Shown: positions 1 through 10,778 of the stretch, piece by piece
Position numbering within the stretch: the stretch's first letter is position 1
Layout of the letters: every line of letters begins with the position of its first letter
DNA from: Diplonema japonicum
Lineage: Eukaryota; Protista; Euglenozoa: Diplonemea
Direction of reading: 5' to 3'
DNA length: 64,000 bases
NCBI GenBank assembly: GCA_964019335.1
Contig: OZ025681.1
Span: 496,001-560,000 of the forward strand
Notes under the pieces: model-generated
Seen by the model: the letters and a program-made list of their open reading frames with translations, nothing else
Told to the model about the DNA's origin: nothing
The model's database searches: none
Program-made: the position numbers and the translations under genes

Positions 1-352
1 GGGGATTTTCCTAAGGTAATACAGGGTAGCTATTTCGCCGTGGCATTTAAAGGGGAAGTAAGGCACTTATTCCCACTTTTAAGGGCTGGAATGGCCTCAG
101 ATGGCCAAAAATAGTCAAAATACCCCCACCCCAAAAAAATTTTTCAAGGGGTTGGGTGCATTTTTTTCCACGACAAGACCCATTTTTTCACTCTGAAGGG
201 CCATTATTTAACTGCAAAATCTCATTATTTAACTAGTTAAATAATGGCGATTTCGCGTTAAATAATGGCCGTTTCGCGTTAAATAATGGCCATTTCGCGT
301 TAAATAATGAGGCCCCTAGTGAGTGAAGAAAATGACGAAGAGTGAAATAAAA
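1..352 (-). mobile_element. Partial copy (cut by window edge) of the non-autonomous element at 13725-14216
   Basis: Reverse complement of ~13725-14015; contains ~4 tandem 21-bp units TTAAATAATGGCcrTTTCGCG at ~237-310. Confidence 0.75.
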
Positions 353-454
353 AAAAAAAAGACGAATGACGGAAAAAAAGAAGAAAAAAAAAAACGGGGG
401 AGGGGGATGGGAGGAAGGGGGAAGAAAAATCTTTCTTTTCTTCTTCTTATAAGC

Positions 455-488
<34 letters not shown>

Positions 489-1315
489 AATCGTGAGCCC
501 CTCCCCCATTGCCATTTATTGCCTTTGGAGGCCTGCAGGGCTTTGCTATCTTCATTATGTATTAACAGGACAACTACAACTCAAAGTTTTGGACAAACTA
601 AGTCGTGGTTGTCATATTTTTTTTCCCGAGGAGGGATGGCCATGCGCAGGAACAAAAAAAGAAAACCTATTTTTCTTTCTTTCTTTTTTCTTTTTTTTTG
701 AAATATTGTGTAAGATTTCAACCGGCTTTTTTTTTTTTTTTGTTTCTTGTAAAAAGAATACCGGTGGAGGGAACGAAAGCAAAAGGGGGAACTCCCCCCC
801 TTTTTTTTTTATTTCTTTTGTGAAACGCGATATTCTTGAGAAATCCCGATGCCGTCCGACAACGTATCCAATCAGTCCTCGGGGGGGGGGGGGGAAGAAA
901 AACAAGAAAAATCCATTCATCTACCATTTTGTAATCGCCCCCCCCCCCCCCCCCCCCCCCCCTTCTTTCCTCTCATTCTGTTTTTAGACTAATCAGGCCG
1001 CTTCATATAGCAAAAAAAAAATTCTTTTCTTTTTTATTATTATTATTATTTTTTTTTTTGACCTCTTTCCCTAGCACCCTTTTCAGGCGCCATTGAGGGG
1101 CGGGTGGAAGGGGAAGGCGGGGGAACAGTACTAAACTCATCAAGTAAGGCTACCCATTTCTTCCCGGATTCCATATTTCACCATCGAAGAAGAAGGTTCG
1201 ATAAGCACAACGGGGGAGACCGGGAGGACAGTAAAGTAAATATTGGCGGCAGTAAGACATATAATCTCGCGATTCTTTGAAATATATGCACATATAGGGT
1301 GAGGACAACAAGGTC

Positions 1316-1440
1316 CGTTTCTGTATCTTCTTTATTTTTTAGATACAAAGGAAACGGCCCCAAAATAAAGGAACGTTTCCGTTTCCTTATTTTCAAAAGA
1401 AAAAGCTTGGAAACGCGTTTCCTTGCCAACATAGCCCTGG
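1316..1440. mobile_element. MITE fragment (GGGCTATGTTGGCAAG TIR family)
   Basis: Shares ~70 bp, including CTTGCCAACATAGCCCTG, with the complete copy at 37864-37980. Confidence 0.6.
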
Positions 1441-2471
1441 GGGGGGGGGGGGGGGGTAACAATCATTCACAGGAAGAGCCAGGGGAAAAAAAACCCCCCC
1501 CCACCCGTAACTGAACCTAGGCATTATTGTACACGAAAAAATACCCTCCCCTCCCCGAGTGTGTGAAAAAAAAGAAAAAAACAATTTCACAATGATGGGG
1601 AAGAAAAAGGTGTTTGGCAAAAAAAAAAAAAAAAAAAAAATGCCCATAAACAAGAAAGAAAGAAAACTTAAAATAAGCGTAAAGTGGGGAAGTGTTGGCC
1701 TTCAGCGAAAACAGAAAAGGTAGCAGCACCACACAAGACACCCCCCCCCCATTTTTTAAACACCTTTTTCTCTTCTTTAAAAGGGAAGCGGATAGAGTGC
1801 GTGCTAGAAGAAAAAAGAAATTCCCGTAAGAACACCGGCCTTCTCGTGCTCAGTTGAGGTCTCCTGTGGGGCTTCATGCGTAGCATGGCCTATTCAGCAC
1901 AATCGGCCTCTTGTCGTGCCCGTGTGTGGTCAGGCCTCCACTACAGCGCAGGGAGTTATTGGAAAAAGAAAAGAAAAAAAAAATCGAGCCCAACGGAATG
2001 AAGCCCCTCTCTCCCCGTTACACCATCGAGCAAAGTAAATAGAAGTGAGACAAAAAAAAAAAACTAAAGTTGATAAACAAAGGGGGGGGGGGGGGGGGGG
2101 GGGGGGTATGTGGTAACTACCAATATATGCTTTTTACATGTCAACGTGGGGGCAAAGGGAACTCAAAGGAGAAGAGAAAAAAAAAAAAAGGAGAAGAGAA
2201 ATGGGCAGCCAACGCAGGCAGCACGCTGTACATAAAAAACTATACTGCGGTGAGTTTGCAGCCTGCTGGCCAGGCCTAAGCATCGCTTGGTAGCTCTACT
2301 GGGTTATCCCCACTACCCTTTAAATAAAGAAAAGGAACGAAAAGGAGCGGATGGGATGGGGGGCTGAGGGGAACGTTCAAACCCTCTTTTTTTTTTTTTT
2401 TTTTTTTTTAAATCTTTTATTATGGGGACATGCGGGAGGGAATATAAAAAAAAAAAAGAAAAAAAAAGAAA

Positions 2472-2682
2472 ATGGGGCTTTGATTGCAACACTAAGTGGC
2501 GTTAAGTGTGCAACGAAGCACGAACTGTCTACTTGATCACAGGAGGACGCACCGCGGCCGAGCTGTAGCTTCTTCTGCGTTCCGCTTCGTGTCCTTAATG
2601 CGTGCGGTGTGCTACTCAAATCTAAGCTATGTGGTCAACAGCGAACAACACTTCTTAATATATCCATGTTTGCCCCACCACC
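2472..2682 (-). mobile_element. SINE family A, internally deleted copy (ribozyme core lost), tail type 2
   Basis: Matches the core of 4354-4676 and 19061-19388, with the same 5' end GGTGGTGGGG. Confidence 0.75.
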
Positions 2683-2794
2683 AAAATAAAAAAAAAAAAA
2701 GAAAAATAAAAAAAAAGGGAAAACTGAGATATTCTTTTGGCCCTTCCCCCCCCCCTTCAAAATATTGTTTTTGAAAGAGAGGGGAGAATACTAA

Positions 2795-4278
2795 AGGGGG
2801 GGCCTGAATAATTCCCTCCCAAATAATGTGTTTTTTCCCAAATAATTCTTTTTTTTTTTGGGGATTTTTCCACTCCAAATTTCCCAAATAATTCCCAACC
2901 CCCTTTCTTTTTTTTTTTTGGGGACCAGGGTAGGGGGGGTCACATGGTAGTCATGCAATGGGCTTTTCTCAGTTATGCCTGTGCAGGGTACTAGCCTACC
3001 TAACCCATTATGACACCCCTTTTTTGACCAAAAAGTCGATTTTCACCTGGTTTTGGGCACTTATGAGCAATTCCTTTGCATTTTGAACAGGGACCACAGG
3101 GTTTGGCACCTGGGTTATTGTGGGGGACTATTTTTCTTAATGCAAGAAGCTAACTGGTTTGTGATGAACGGTTCAAAATTTCACAGAACCACTTAGTTCA
3201 AAGGCGCTTGTGGGTGGCCTGGGTGCTTCTGCATTGCCAGAAGGGCATGTGCATTCATGTGTTGACAACTTATCCAGTATTTGCTTTGTTTCATGGCCCA
3301 CAATGTCAATATTCCATTCCTGAGCAAGATCCCAAAGTTGTGTCGTAGCCCACTGGCAGTATTGTGAGGCTGCTTACACAAGTAAGAGTGCTGGCCCAGT
3401 GAGCCATAGAAGATGAGAAATATTATAATATTATAGTGTGACATGATCAGACTGGAACGGCCACCCTGGGGCATCCTCTGCTCAACCCAGCAGACGTGGG
3501 AGGCCCTTCTTCAGAAGGTGCCAGTTGCTTGATCAGTGCCATCATGCACGCTATATTTTATTAGTACAAATATAACAATCGATTGAAAAGGAAAAGTCTG
3601 TATTGTGAGGCTGCTTCTCACCATTTTGAGGGGTTAAGGGGCTGTGGCATGCCCCAAGCAGCCGAGGTGGGACGTTGATGACTGCAGCAGAGTGCCGAGT
3701 CAACGTGGCACTGTGGATAGGGCAAGCACATGAGAAAGGTCATGCAACTGCTCAACACCTTTAGCTATATGCAATCTCACGGCTACCTTCCAGGTAGTTC
3801 TGAGGAGGCCATACAGCTAAGGGCACTTAGCAAAGTTTAGACAGTGCAGCACAGAATGTTGTTGCAGGTGTTACAATGGACACTACACCTGATGAGACTC
3901 CAGCAGCCTCCCAAGCCCTTGCAGCTTCTCAAGCCCTGACAGTTTCTCAAGCCTCTCAGACCCCAGCAACCTCCCAGCAACCACCTATTGCCAAAACCAG
4001 GCAGTTTGTCTGCAACGTTTGTGGGTTCTCCACAGCCTGGGAGAAAAACTGTTAAAATTTCCCTTGGAAAAAAAAAGGGCATGAAAAAAGTCTTGGCACG
4101 ATTTGGCATGTTAAGATTTCCAAAGTGCTCTAAGCCCTGCTCCCTGCTTTCCATGTGGCAGGCCCCCCAGCCCAAATAAATACAACCCAAATAAGTGTAT
4201 TCCAAATAATTCTTTTTTTTTGGAGCCCTAACACCCCCCCTCCACTGCCCAAATAAAGGGATTATTCAGGGGGCCCCT
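2795..4278. mobile_element. ~1.5 kb non-autonomous TIR DNA transposon, Kolobok-like (AGG...CCT termini, TTAA target), copy 1
   Basis: TIRs AGGGGGGGCCTGAATAAT / ATTATTCAGGGGGCCCCT; flanked by CTAA and TTAA; diverged inverted copy at 8840-10392. Confidence 0.8.
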
Positions 4279-4353
4279 TTAAAAAAAAATTTTTTTTTCT
4301 TTTTTTTTTTTTTTTTTTTTTTTTTTGCTTAAAACTCTCAACTAAACAAAAAA

Positions 4354-4676
4354 TATATGAGTTAAAGGAGGCCGGTGTTGGCGGCGCCCTGCACAAGAAC
4401 TGTCTACTTGATTACAGGGGGCGCACCGCGGCCGAGTTGTAGCTTCTTCTGCGTTCCGCGTCGTGTCCTCAATGCGTGCGGTGTACAGCTCAACCCCAGC
4501 CGGTGCGTCCCGGGTAACCAAGATTCTGCGCTCGTGCAGTTTGCTGCCTGTTCGTCACCCTGAGCATCTGCATTATGTTCTTCCACTCGGGCGCTACCGG
4601 TGATGACCGACGAGGAGGTCAACAGCGAACAACACATCTGATGTACTTCTTATATTTCCATGTTATCCCCACCACC
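4354..4676 (-). mobile_element. SINE family A, full-length, 5' HDV-like ribozyme, tail type 1
   Basis: Near-identical core to 19061-19388; flanked by sense-strand T tracts. Confidence 0.85.
4543..4676 (-). ncRNA. HDV-like self-cleaving ribozyme (predicted)
   Basis: P1 GGTGGTG/CATCACC; P3 ACC/GGT around L3 TCCTCGTC; GG for P1.1; P4 CGCCCGAGT/GCTCAGGGTG; J4/2 ACGAA; P2 GCTGTTG/CAGGCAGC. Confidence 0.75.
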
Positions 4677-4701
4677 TCAAAAAATCTTTTTTTTTTTTTC
4701 T

Positions 4702-5273
4702 TCAAGTTTCTTCTTTTTTATTCGGGGTGGGGGACGTGCTTTTAAGCCGATTATACCTCTCAGAGGCCTTTGAGTAGATGTGTGGGTTAGGGCACTTATC
4801 CCCCAGGGGGCAGTCACCAGAATAAAACGCATCGCACTTCGAGAAAAATTCCAACTTCGTCTTCCAAGAAGTTTGGCATCGCTTGCACCTCAGTGTGATG
4901 GAGTTCTTTTTCTTAGTCACACGCTCCCAAGCATTGTGAATGCACGGCCGCTCAATCGTGACAGCCAGCCTCTGTTCTGGCCGTTTCCCATTCAAGTCTT
5001 CACCTTTCAGCAGCATAGGGGGCTGCGAACTATAAGAGGCAGGTTGCGAGGTAGACGCATCAGCATCCTCTTGAAAAATGTCAGGTATGGGGAACGAGGT
5101 CAGAACAGCTGGTGCACTGATACACTGTCGCTTAAGGTCGGCCCGGAGGGCATCTAGATTCGCCTCTGTTAGCTCCGCGGCAGGTTTTGCCCCAGGCCCT
5201 GACCACACAGGATTCAACATGTGTACCAAATCGCAGGCGGGGGCAGATGAGAGCATGGTCTGGAAAGAAAAAG

Positions 5274-5307
<34 letters not shown>

Positions 5308-5437
5308 GGTGTGTCGGCCATACTAGTCCTTGCTTCAGCTGGCCTTGAACATCTTCAGGTAGCTCGTTGTGTACACCCCAGCCCTCCCACAGTGCCTCAG
5401 ATGGCATCTCATCTGGCTCACTCTGGCTGTCATACAT
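4702..5437 (-). CDS. Zinc-finger protein (C-x-H...C-x2-C plus CCCH); two exons, 5437-5324 and 5259-4702, 223 aa
   Basis: RPCIHNAW...LRCKRC...CDAFYSGDCPLGDKCPNPH; a phase-0 GTATGG...CCAG intron joins the upstream MYDSQ... exon in frame; paralog at 8228. Confidence 0.8.
5260..5323 (-). other. Predicted 64-nt GT-AG cis-intron
   Basis: Donor GTATGG, internal poly-A, acceptor TTTCCAG; removal gives a continuous ORF. Confidence 0.7.
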
Positions 5438-6189
5438 TGTATTTTTTTCCCCCCCCCTTTTTATGTGTGGAACATATGATAATGGGGCAAAAGAAAAAAA
5501 ATAAATTAAAAAGAAAAGGTCTGAAAAAGAGGAGGCAAAAAAAAAGGAAAAAGAAAAAAAAAAAGGAAAAAGAAAAAAAAAAAAAAAAAGGAAAAAAAAG
5601 GATTGGATGAAAAAAAAGAAAAAAAAAAAAAGAAAAAAAAAAAACGTAGAATAAAGAAACAAAACAAAAACAAAAAAAGTTGTGTTTTTTTTTTTTTTTC
5701 TTCCATATCGCAAGTGTAGTAAGTCTCTATTTAAACCCAAGGTCCTCAGACGCTTCACTAGAAAACTGTTTTTCAGACTTGAGGTATGACAGCAGGTGTG
5801 GATTTCGAAAAACTTAGGTTTTTGGTAAACGTCTAGTCTTGAGGCCTTGGGCTTGCGTCACAAGCTCGATAGGAAGAAAAAGCTTTTTTTTTCCCTCCCC
5901 TTCCCTACCTCCTTCCTGTATCTTTCTTTTTGCACACGGAGTACGGTATGGTGTCTACGTGAACGGAAGGAACAAAAGGGAAGGGGGGGGGAAAAAAAAG
6001 TTAAAAAAAGAATAGAAAATGAATGGATTTAGTACCAAAAAGAGTATGAAAGGAACAAAACGGCCACATATCTGAAGCCCATCAGGCATCCTCCCACGAT
6101 AGATTTTGGAATTCTAATGGAACCAGTTTGGGTCAGCTGAAGTTGATGGCAGTAAAAGCAGTAAAAGTAATGTAGGTAGGAAGGAAAGA

Positions 6190-6270
6190 GGAACTGACCG
6201 TTGTTTGTACATCGGGTAAAACTTGAACCCGAAACACCTTGCCAACGTTCCCCTTTTTGTTTGGACAGTC
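6190..6270 (-). repeat. Short interspersed repeat family B (also 6812-6881, 19975-20070, 27954-27980, 30497-30602, 31275-31355)
   Basis: Shared GTTGTTTGTAC...TGCCAACrTTCCCCTTTTGTTTrGACAAGTCAAAGACT..TTCTTGC, all in the same orientation and within homopolymer tracts. Confidence 0.7.
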
Positions 6271-6344
6271 AAAAAAAAAAAAAAAAAAAAAAAGGAAGAA
6301 AATATCACAAAACTTAACAAGATGAAATCGTGTTCAGAAAAGAA

Positions 6345-6382
<38 letters not shown>

Positions 6383-7304
6383 AAAAAAAAGGAAAAAAGA
6401 AAAAAAAAAAAGAAAAAAAAAAGAGAAAGGAAACGGTATTTTAAACCATACATGGGGGAAAAGGAAGAGGAAAAAAAAGAAAAAAAAGAAGAAGAAAAAG
6501 TCGCATGAAGCTACTGTGTTTCAGTTCTCTTTTTTCGAAAGAAGGTACGCCTCCTTCTCTTCCGCCCCACCTCCCTTCCTCCCTCTCTTTTCTTCTTCTT
6601 CTTCTTCTTCTTCTTTTTTTTTTTCTTTTTTTTTTTTTTTTTGTTTCAGTCCTGTTTGTTTGTTTGTTTGCTTGATTACTCGGAAAAAAATCTCACATTT
6701 TCTCTTTTATTTTATTTTTTTTTTTTTTTTTACAAAACCCCCCCAATCTGCCCAGAACAGGGGGAAGAGAAAAAAAAAAAAAAAAAAAAAAGAGAAAGAA
6801 AAAAAAAAAAAGAACTGGCTGTTGTTTGTGCGATTGCCGCCGTTCTCCTTTTGTTTGGACAAGTCAAAGACTCGTTCTTGCAAAAAAAAAAAAAAAAAAA
6901 AAGAAAGAAAAGGCTAGGATGGCTATTGGAAGGAAGTAATAAAGTGCACAACCATCGATGCAAGGTCCGCTCTGGGAGAAGAAGCTGGGGGGGTTCACTC
7001 CTTCTACATTAACTTAAAAAGGTTTGGACCAAACCCCCTTTTCCCCCCTTGTTTACTGTCTCTTGGCTGCTTTCCGGTTCAAACTAAGCACTACAAAAGA
7101 AGAAAAACAAAAAGCCTCAAGAACAAGAAACGGACACCTCGGACTGAGGTTGTTTCCCTGTTTTTTTTTTTTTTCTTTTTTTTCCCGCGTTCTTGTTAAA
7201 CAAGAAACCGGGGGGAGGGGGGATAAAAATGAAGAGAAATAAAAAAAATATAAAAAAAAAGAGAAAGTGTTGCAAAAAAGAATAAATTCTTTCTTTTTTT
7301 TTCA

Positions 7305-7345
<41 letters not shown>

Positions 7346-8151
7346 GGAGACTCAATGCTTTTTTTTTTCTTAACCGGAAGAAGAAGAAGAAGAAAAGAAA
7401 ACGAAGAAAAATATAGAAATTACTAAACTTCTATTTTTCGTCCCCATTTTTCCTCCCTCTTATTTTCAAAATCGATAAAGCCGTCTATAAAAGCAGGTCT
7501 CTGAGAGAAATGCAAGGGTAGTGAAGGGTTTATTTTTTCTTTTTTTTCATTATTCTTTTTGAGGTCGGGGGGTTAATGTTAAATCAAAGGTGAATCAATT
7601 TTTTTGTTAAAGAATTCTTTTTTTTTTTTCTTTTCCCGACCTCACCTCTTAGTAAACTAGCTGGTATAAAAAAAAAAAAAAAAACCTATAAGTATTGTTC
7701 TTTTTTTTTTTTTTCTTTTTCTTTTTATTTTTTTTTTTGAACTTCACCACCCTAAAAGAATGGGTGTCGTCATTGGTTTCACTTTATGCCCGGAGACAGA
7801 AAGTTGAAAAAGAAGAGAGGGAAATCTTTTTTAAAAAAAAATAAAATAAAATAATAAACTGCCAAAGCGTCAGACTAGCACTTCAGCAAAAAAAAAAAAA
7901 AAAAAAAAAAGAAACATGGGTCCGTTGACAAGACTCCTTTAATAATAAAAGAAGGGGGAAAAAAAAAAAAAGGACATGGTTTGGATCGCAACGACCCACC
8001 AAACGAGGGGAGGAAGAACAATTAAAAAAGAAATATAATATTCATCATCTTCTTTTTCTAACCACAGCGATATGTTTTTTTTTTTTTTTTTTGTTGCGTT
8101 TGGGAGTGGGAGGGGGGAGAGTTTTTTTTTTTTTTTTTTTTTTTGTCACCT

Positions 8152-8189
<38 letters not shown>

Positions 8190-8227
8190 CGGTATAGATA
8201 ATAAACAATATAATTTTCATTCTTCTC

Positions 8228-8710
8228 CTACTTTTCCATTACCTTAGGAGAACCAAAAGAGTATGGGTCGTGGCGCCAAGAACGAGGTTCCGTGGGTAGA
8301 TGCTCAAGGTCCGGAGCTGCAAAGGTTGAAAAAGGTTTTTCGAGTAGAGGCTTGAGCCCATTAGAATGCGTTTGCTGCCTTCTTCTCTTTTTCTCTGCTA
8401 GTTGCTCGTTTTTTTCTTTTATGGCGACTAGATATTCTTTCCTTGCATAAATATGTGGTCGTTCGCACTCGTCCCCTTTCTTGCACTCTCTTCGGTGAAA
8501 ATCTTTGCATTTTTCATGGTTTTCTGGGACTATTTTCCAGATCCTACCGCAAACAGCACACTTCAACACCAGCTTCCCCTTCTTCTTAGTCTGCTTCATC
8601 CACTGGTTGTGTCCACACGGTCTTGGTTTTTCAGGGGCAGGGGGCGTATAGCCAGAGGACTCACTCTCCGACGTATCGCTGTCGCGCACTGCTGGTCTTT
8701 TGGCGCACAT
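8228..8710 (-). CDS. Zinc-finger protein, paralog of the 4702 gene, with C-terminal WRHDPYS motif
   Basis: RPCGHNQW...LKCAVC...CKDFHRRECKKGDECERPHIY; 160 aa. Confidence 0.85.
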   Translation of the reverse strand: MCAKRPAVRDSDTSESESSGYTPPAPEKPRPCGHNQWMKQTKKKGKLVLKCAVCGRIWKIVPENHEKCKDFHRRECKKGDECERPHIYARKEYLVAIKEKNEQLAEKKRRRQQTHSNGLKPLLEKPFSTFAAPDLEHLPTEPRSWRHDPYSFGSPKVMEK

Positions 8711-8839
8711 TTTTAGTTTTGGTAGAACAAAAAAAAAGAAAAGTTAGAGAGAGAACTTAAAAAGAGGTAGGGAAAATGAAACCTATGTGCATAGTGAATA
8801 TGAGGGCAAAAAAAAAAAAAAATAATAATAATAATTTAA

Positions 8840-10392
8840 AGGGGCCCCCCGAATAATCCCTTTATTTGGGCAGTGGAGGGGGGGGTGTTAGGGCCCAAAA
8901 AAAAAAAGAATTATTTGGAATACACTTATTTGGGTTGTACTTTGGGCTGGGTCGCCTGCCACATGGAAAGCAGGGAGCGGGGCTTAGAGCACTTCGGAAA
9001 TCTTAACATGCCAAATCGTGCCAAGATTTCTTTCATGCCCTTTTTTTTTCCAAGGGAAATTTTAAAACAGTTTTTCTCCCAGGCTGTGGAGAACCCACAA
9101 ACGTTGCAGACAGACCGCCTGGTTTTGGCGTTAGGTGGTTGCTGGGAGGTTGCGGGGGTCTGAGAGGCTTGAGAATCTGTCGGGGCTTGAGAAGCTGCAA
9201 GGGCTTGGGAGGCTGCTGGAGTCTCGTCAGGTGCAGTGTCCATTGTAACACCCGCAACTACGTTCTGTGCTGCACTGTCTAAAGCCCGACTCCTTCAAAG
9301 TGCTTACTTCGCTAAGTGCCCTTAGCTGTATGGTCTCCTCGGAACTACCTGGAAGGTAGCCGCGAGACCGCATACAGCTAAAGGTGTCGAGCAGTTGCAT
9401 GACCTTTCTCATGTGCCTGCCCTACCACAGTGCCACGTTGATTCGGCGCTCTGCTGCAGTCATCACCAACGTCCCGCCTCGGCTGCTTGCCGCAGCCCCC
9501 TAACCCCTCAAAATGGTGGTAGGTCTGAATCGCCGGTGCCACACAGAAGCAGCCTCACAATACGTACTTTTCCTTTTCAATCGATTGTTATATTTGTACT
9601 AATAAAATATAGCGCGCATTCGACGGCACTGATCAGGCGACTGGCACCTTCCGAAGAAGGGCCTCCCACGTCCGCCGGGTTGAGCAGAGGATGCCCCGGG
9701 GCGGCCGTTCCAGTCTGATCATGTCGCACTATAATATATTTCTCATCTTCTAGAAGAAAATGGGGTTTTTGCCCTCGTAGCTCGCCGGGCCAGCACTCTT
9801 ACTTGCGTAAGCAGCCTCACAATACTGTCAGTGGGCTACGGCACAGCTTTGGGATCTTGCTCAAGAATGGAATTGACATTGCGGGCCATGAAAGCAAATA
9901 CTGGATAAGCTGTCAACACATGAATCCACGTGCCTTCCGGCAACGCAGAAGCACCCGGGCCACCCACAAAGCGCCTTCGAACTAAGTGGTTCCATGAAAT
10001 TTTGAACCATTCATCACGAACCATCTAGCTTCTTGCGTTAAGAAAAATAGTCCCCCACAATAACCCCCAGGTGCTAACCCCCGTGGTCCCTGTTCAAAAT
10101 GCAAAAGAATTGCTCGTAAGTGCCCAAAAAGTGCCCAAAACCAGGCGGAAATCGAGTTTTTGATCAAAAAAGGGGTGTATACATGGGTTAGGTTGGCTAG
10201 TACCCTGCACGGGCGTGACTGAGAAAAGCCCGTTGCACGACTGTGGCCCCCTCACCCCCCGGTCCCCCCCCAAAAAAAAAGAAAGGGGTCGGGAATTATT
10301 TGGAAAATTTGGAGCGGAAAAATCCCCGAAAAAAAAAAGAATTATTTGGGAAAAAACACATTATTTGGGAGGGAATTATTCGGGCCCCCCCT
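8840..10392. mobile_element. Kolobok-like non-autonomous TIR element, copy 2 (inverted relative to copy 1)
   Basis: TTAA|AGGGGCCCCCCGAATAAT...ATTATTCGGGCCCCCCCT|TTAA; perfect TTAA at 8836-8839 and 10393-10396. Confidence 0.85.
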
Positions 10393-10778
10393 TTAACAAA
10401 AAAGGACGTTTATGGGGGGAAAGGGGGGGGGGGGGTGAGAGGATGGTTATGGTTAGAAACACTACAAAAAAACTTTTTTTAAATTTCCCCCCCCCCTTTT
10501 TTTTTGAAGATTTTAAGTAACACGACTGCTTCCCCACCACCCCACAAAAGAAATTATAAAACGACAAAATCGGAAGGAAATCGATAAGATAGTTCATAAA
10601 AAAAAAAAAAAAAAAAAAAAAAAGAAAAAGAAGTCAGATTGTTAACCGTCTGGCACTACACAATTAAAGGCCACTTTAAAAAAAAAAAAGAAATTCCAAA
10701 CATCCATTCCAAAACACTTTCTTCTATCCTGGTGTCACACTCCCCCCCCCCCCCCCCCCCCCCCCTCTTTTTTCTTTC

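Noticed and set aside
237-310. 21-bp repeats resembling a CRISPR array or iterons
   Set aside because: No spacers, eukaryotic context, internal to a dispersed repeat
1885-1955. Possible degenerate HDV-like fold on the minus strand (GGCCTG/TAGGCC, GCTGAA)
   Set aside because: Lacks the TCC loop and GG needed for P1.1; single copy
233-7305. Many K/F-rich ORFs here and in other spacers
   Set aside because: Products of homopolymer runs that lack stop codons; no protein features
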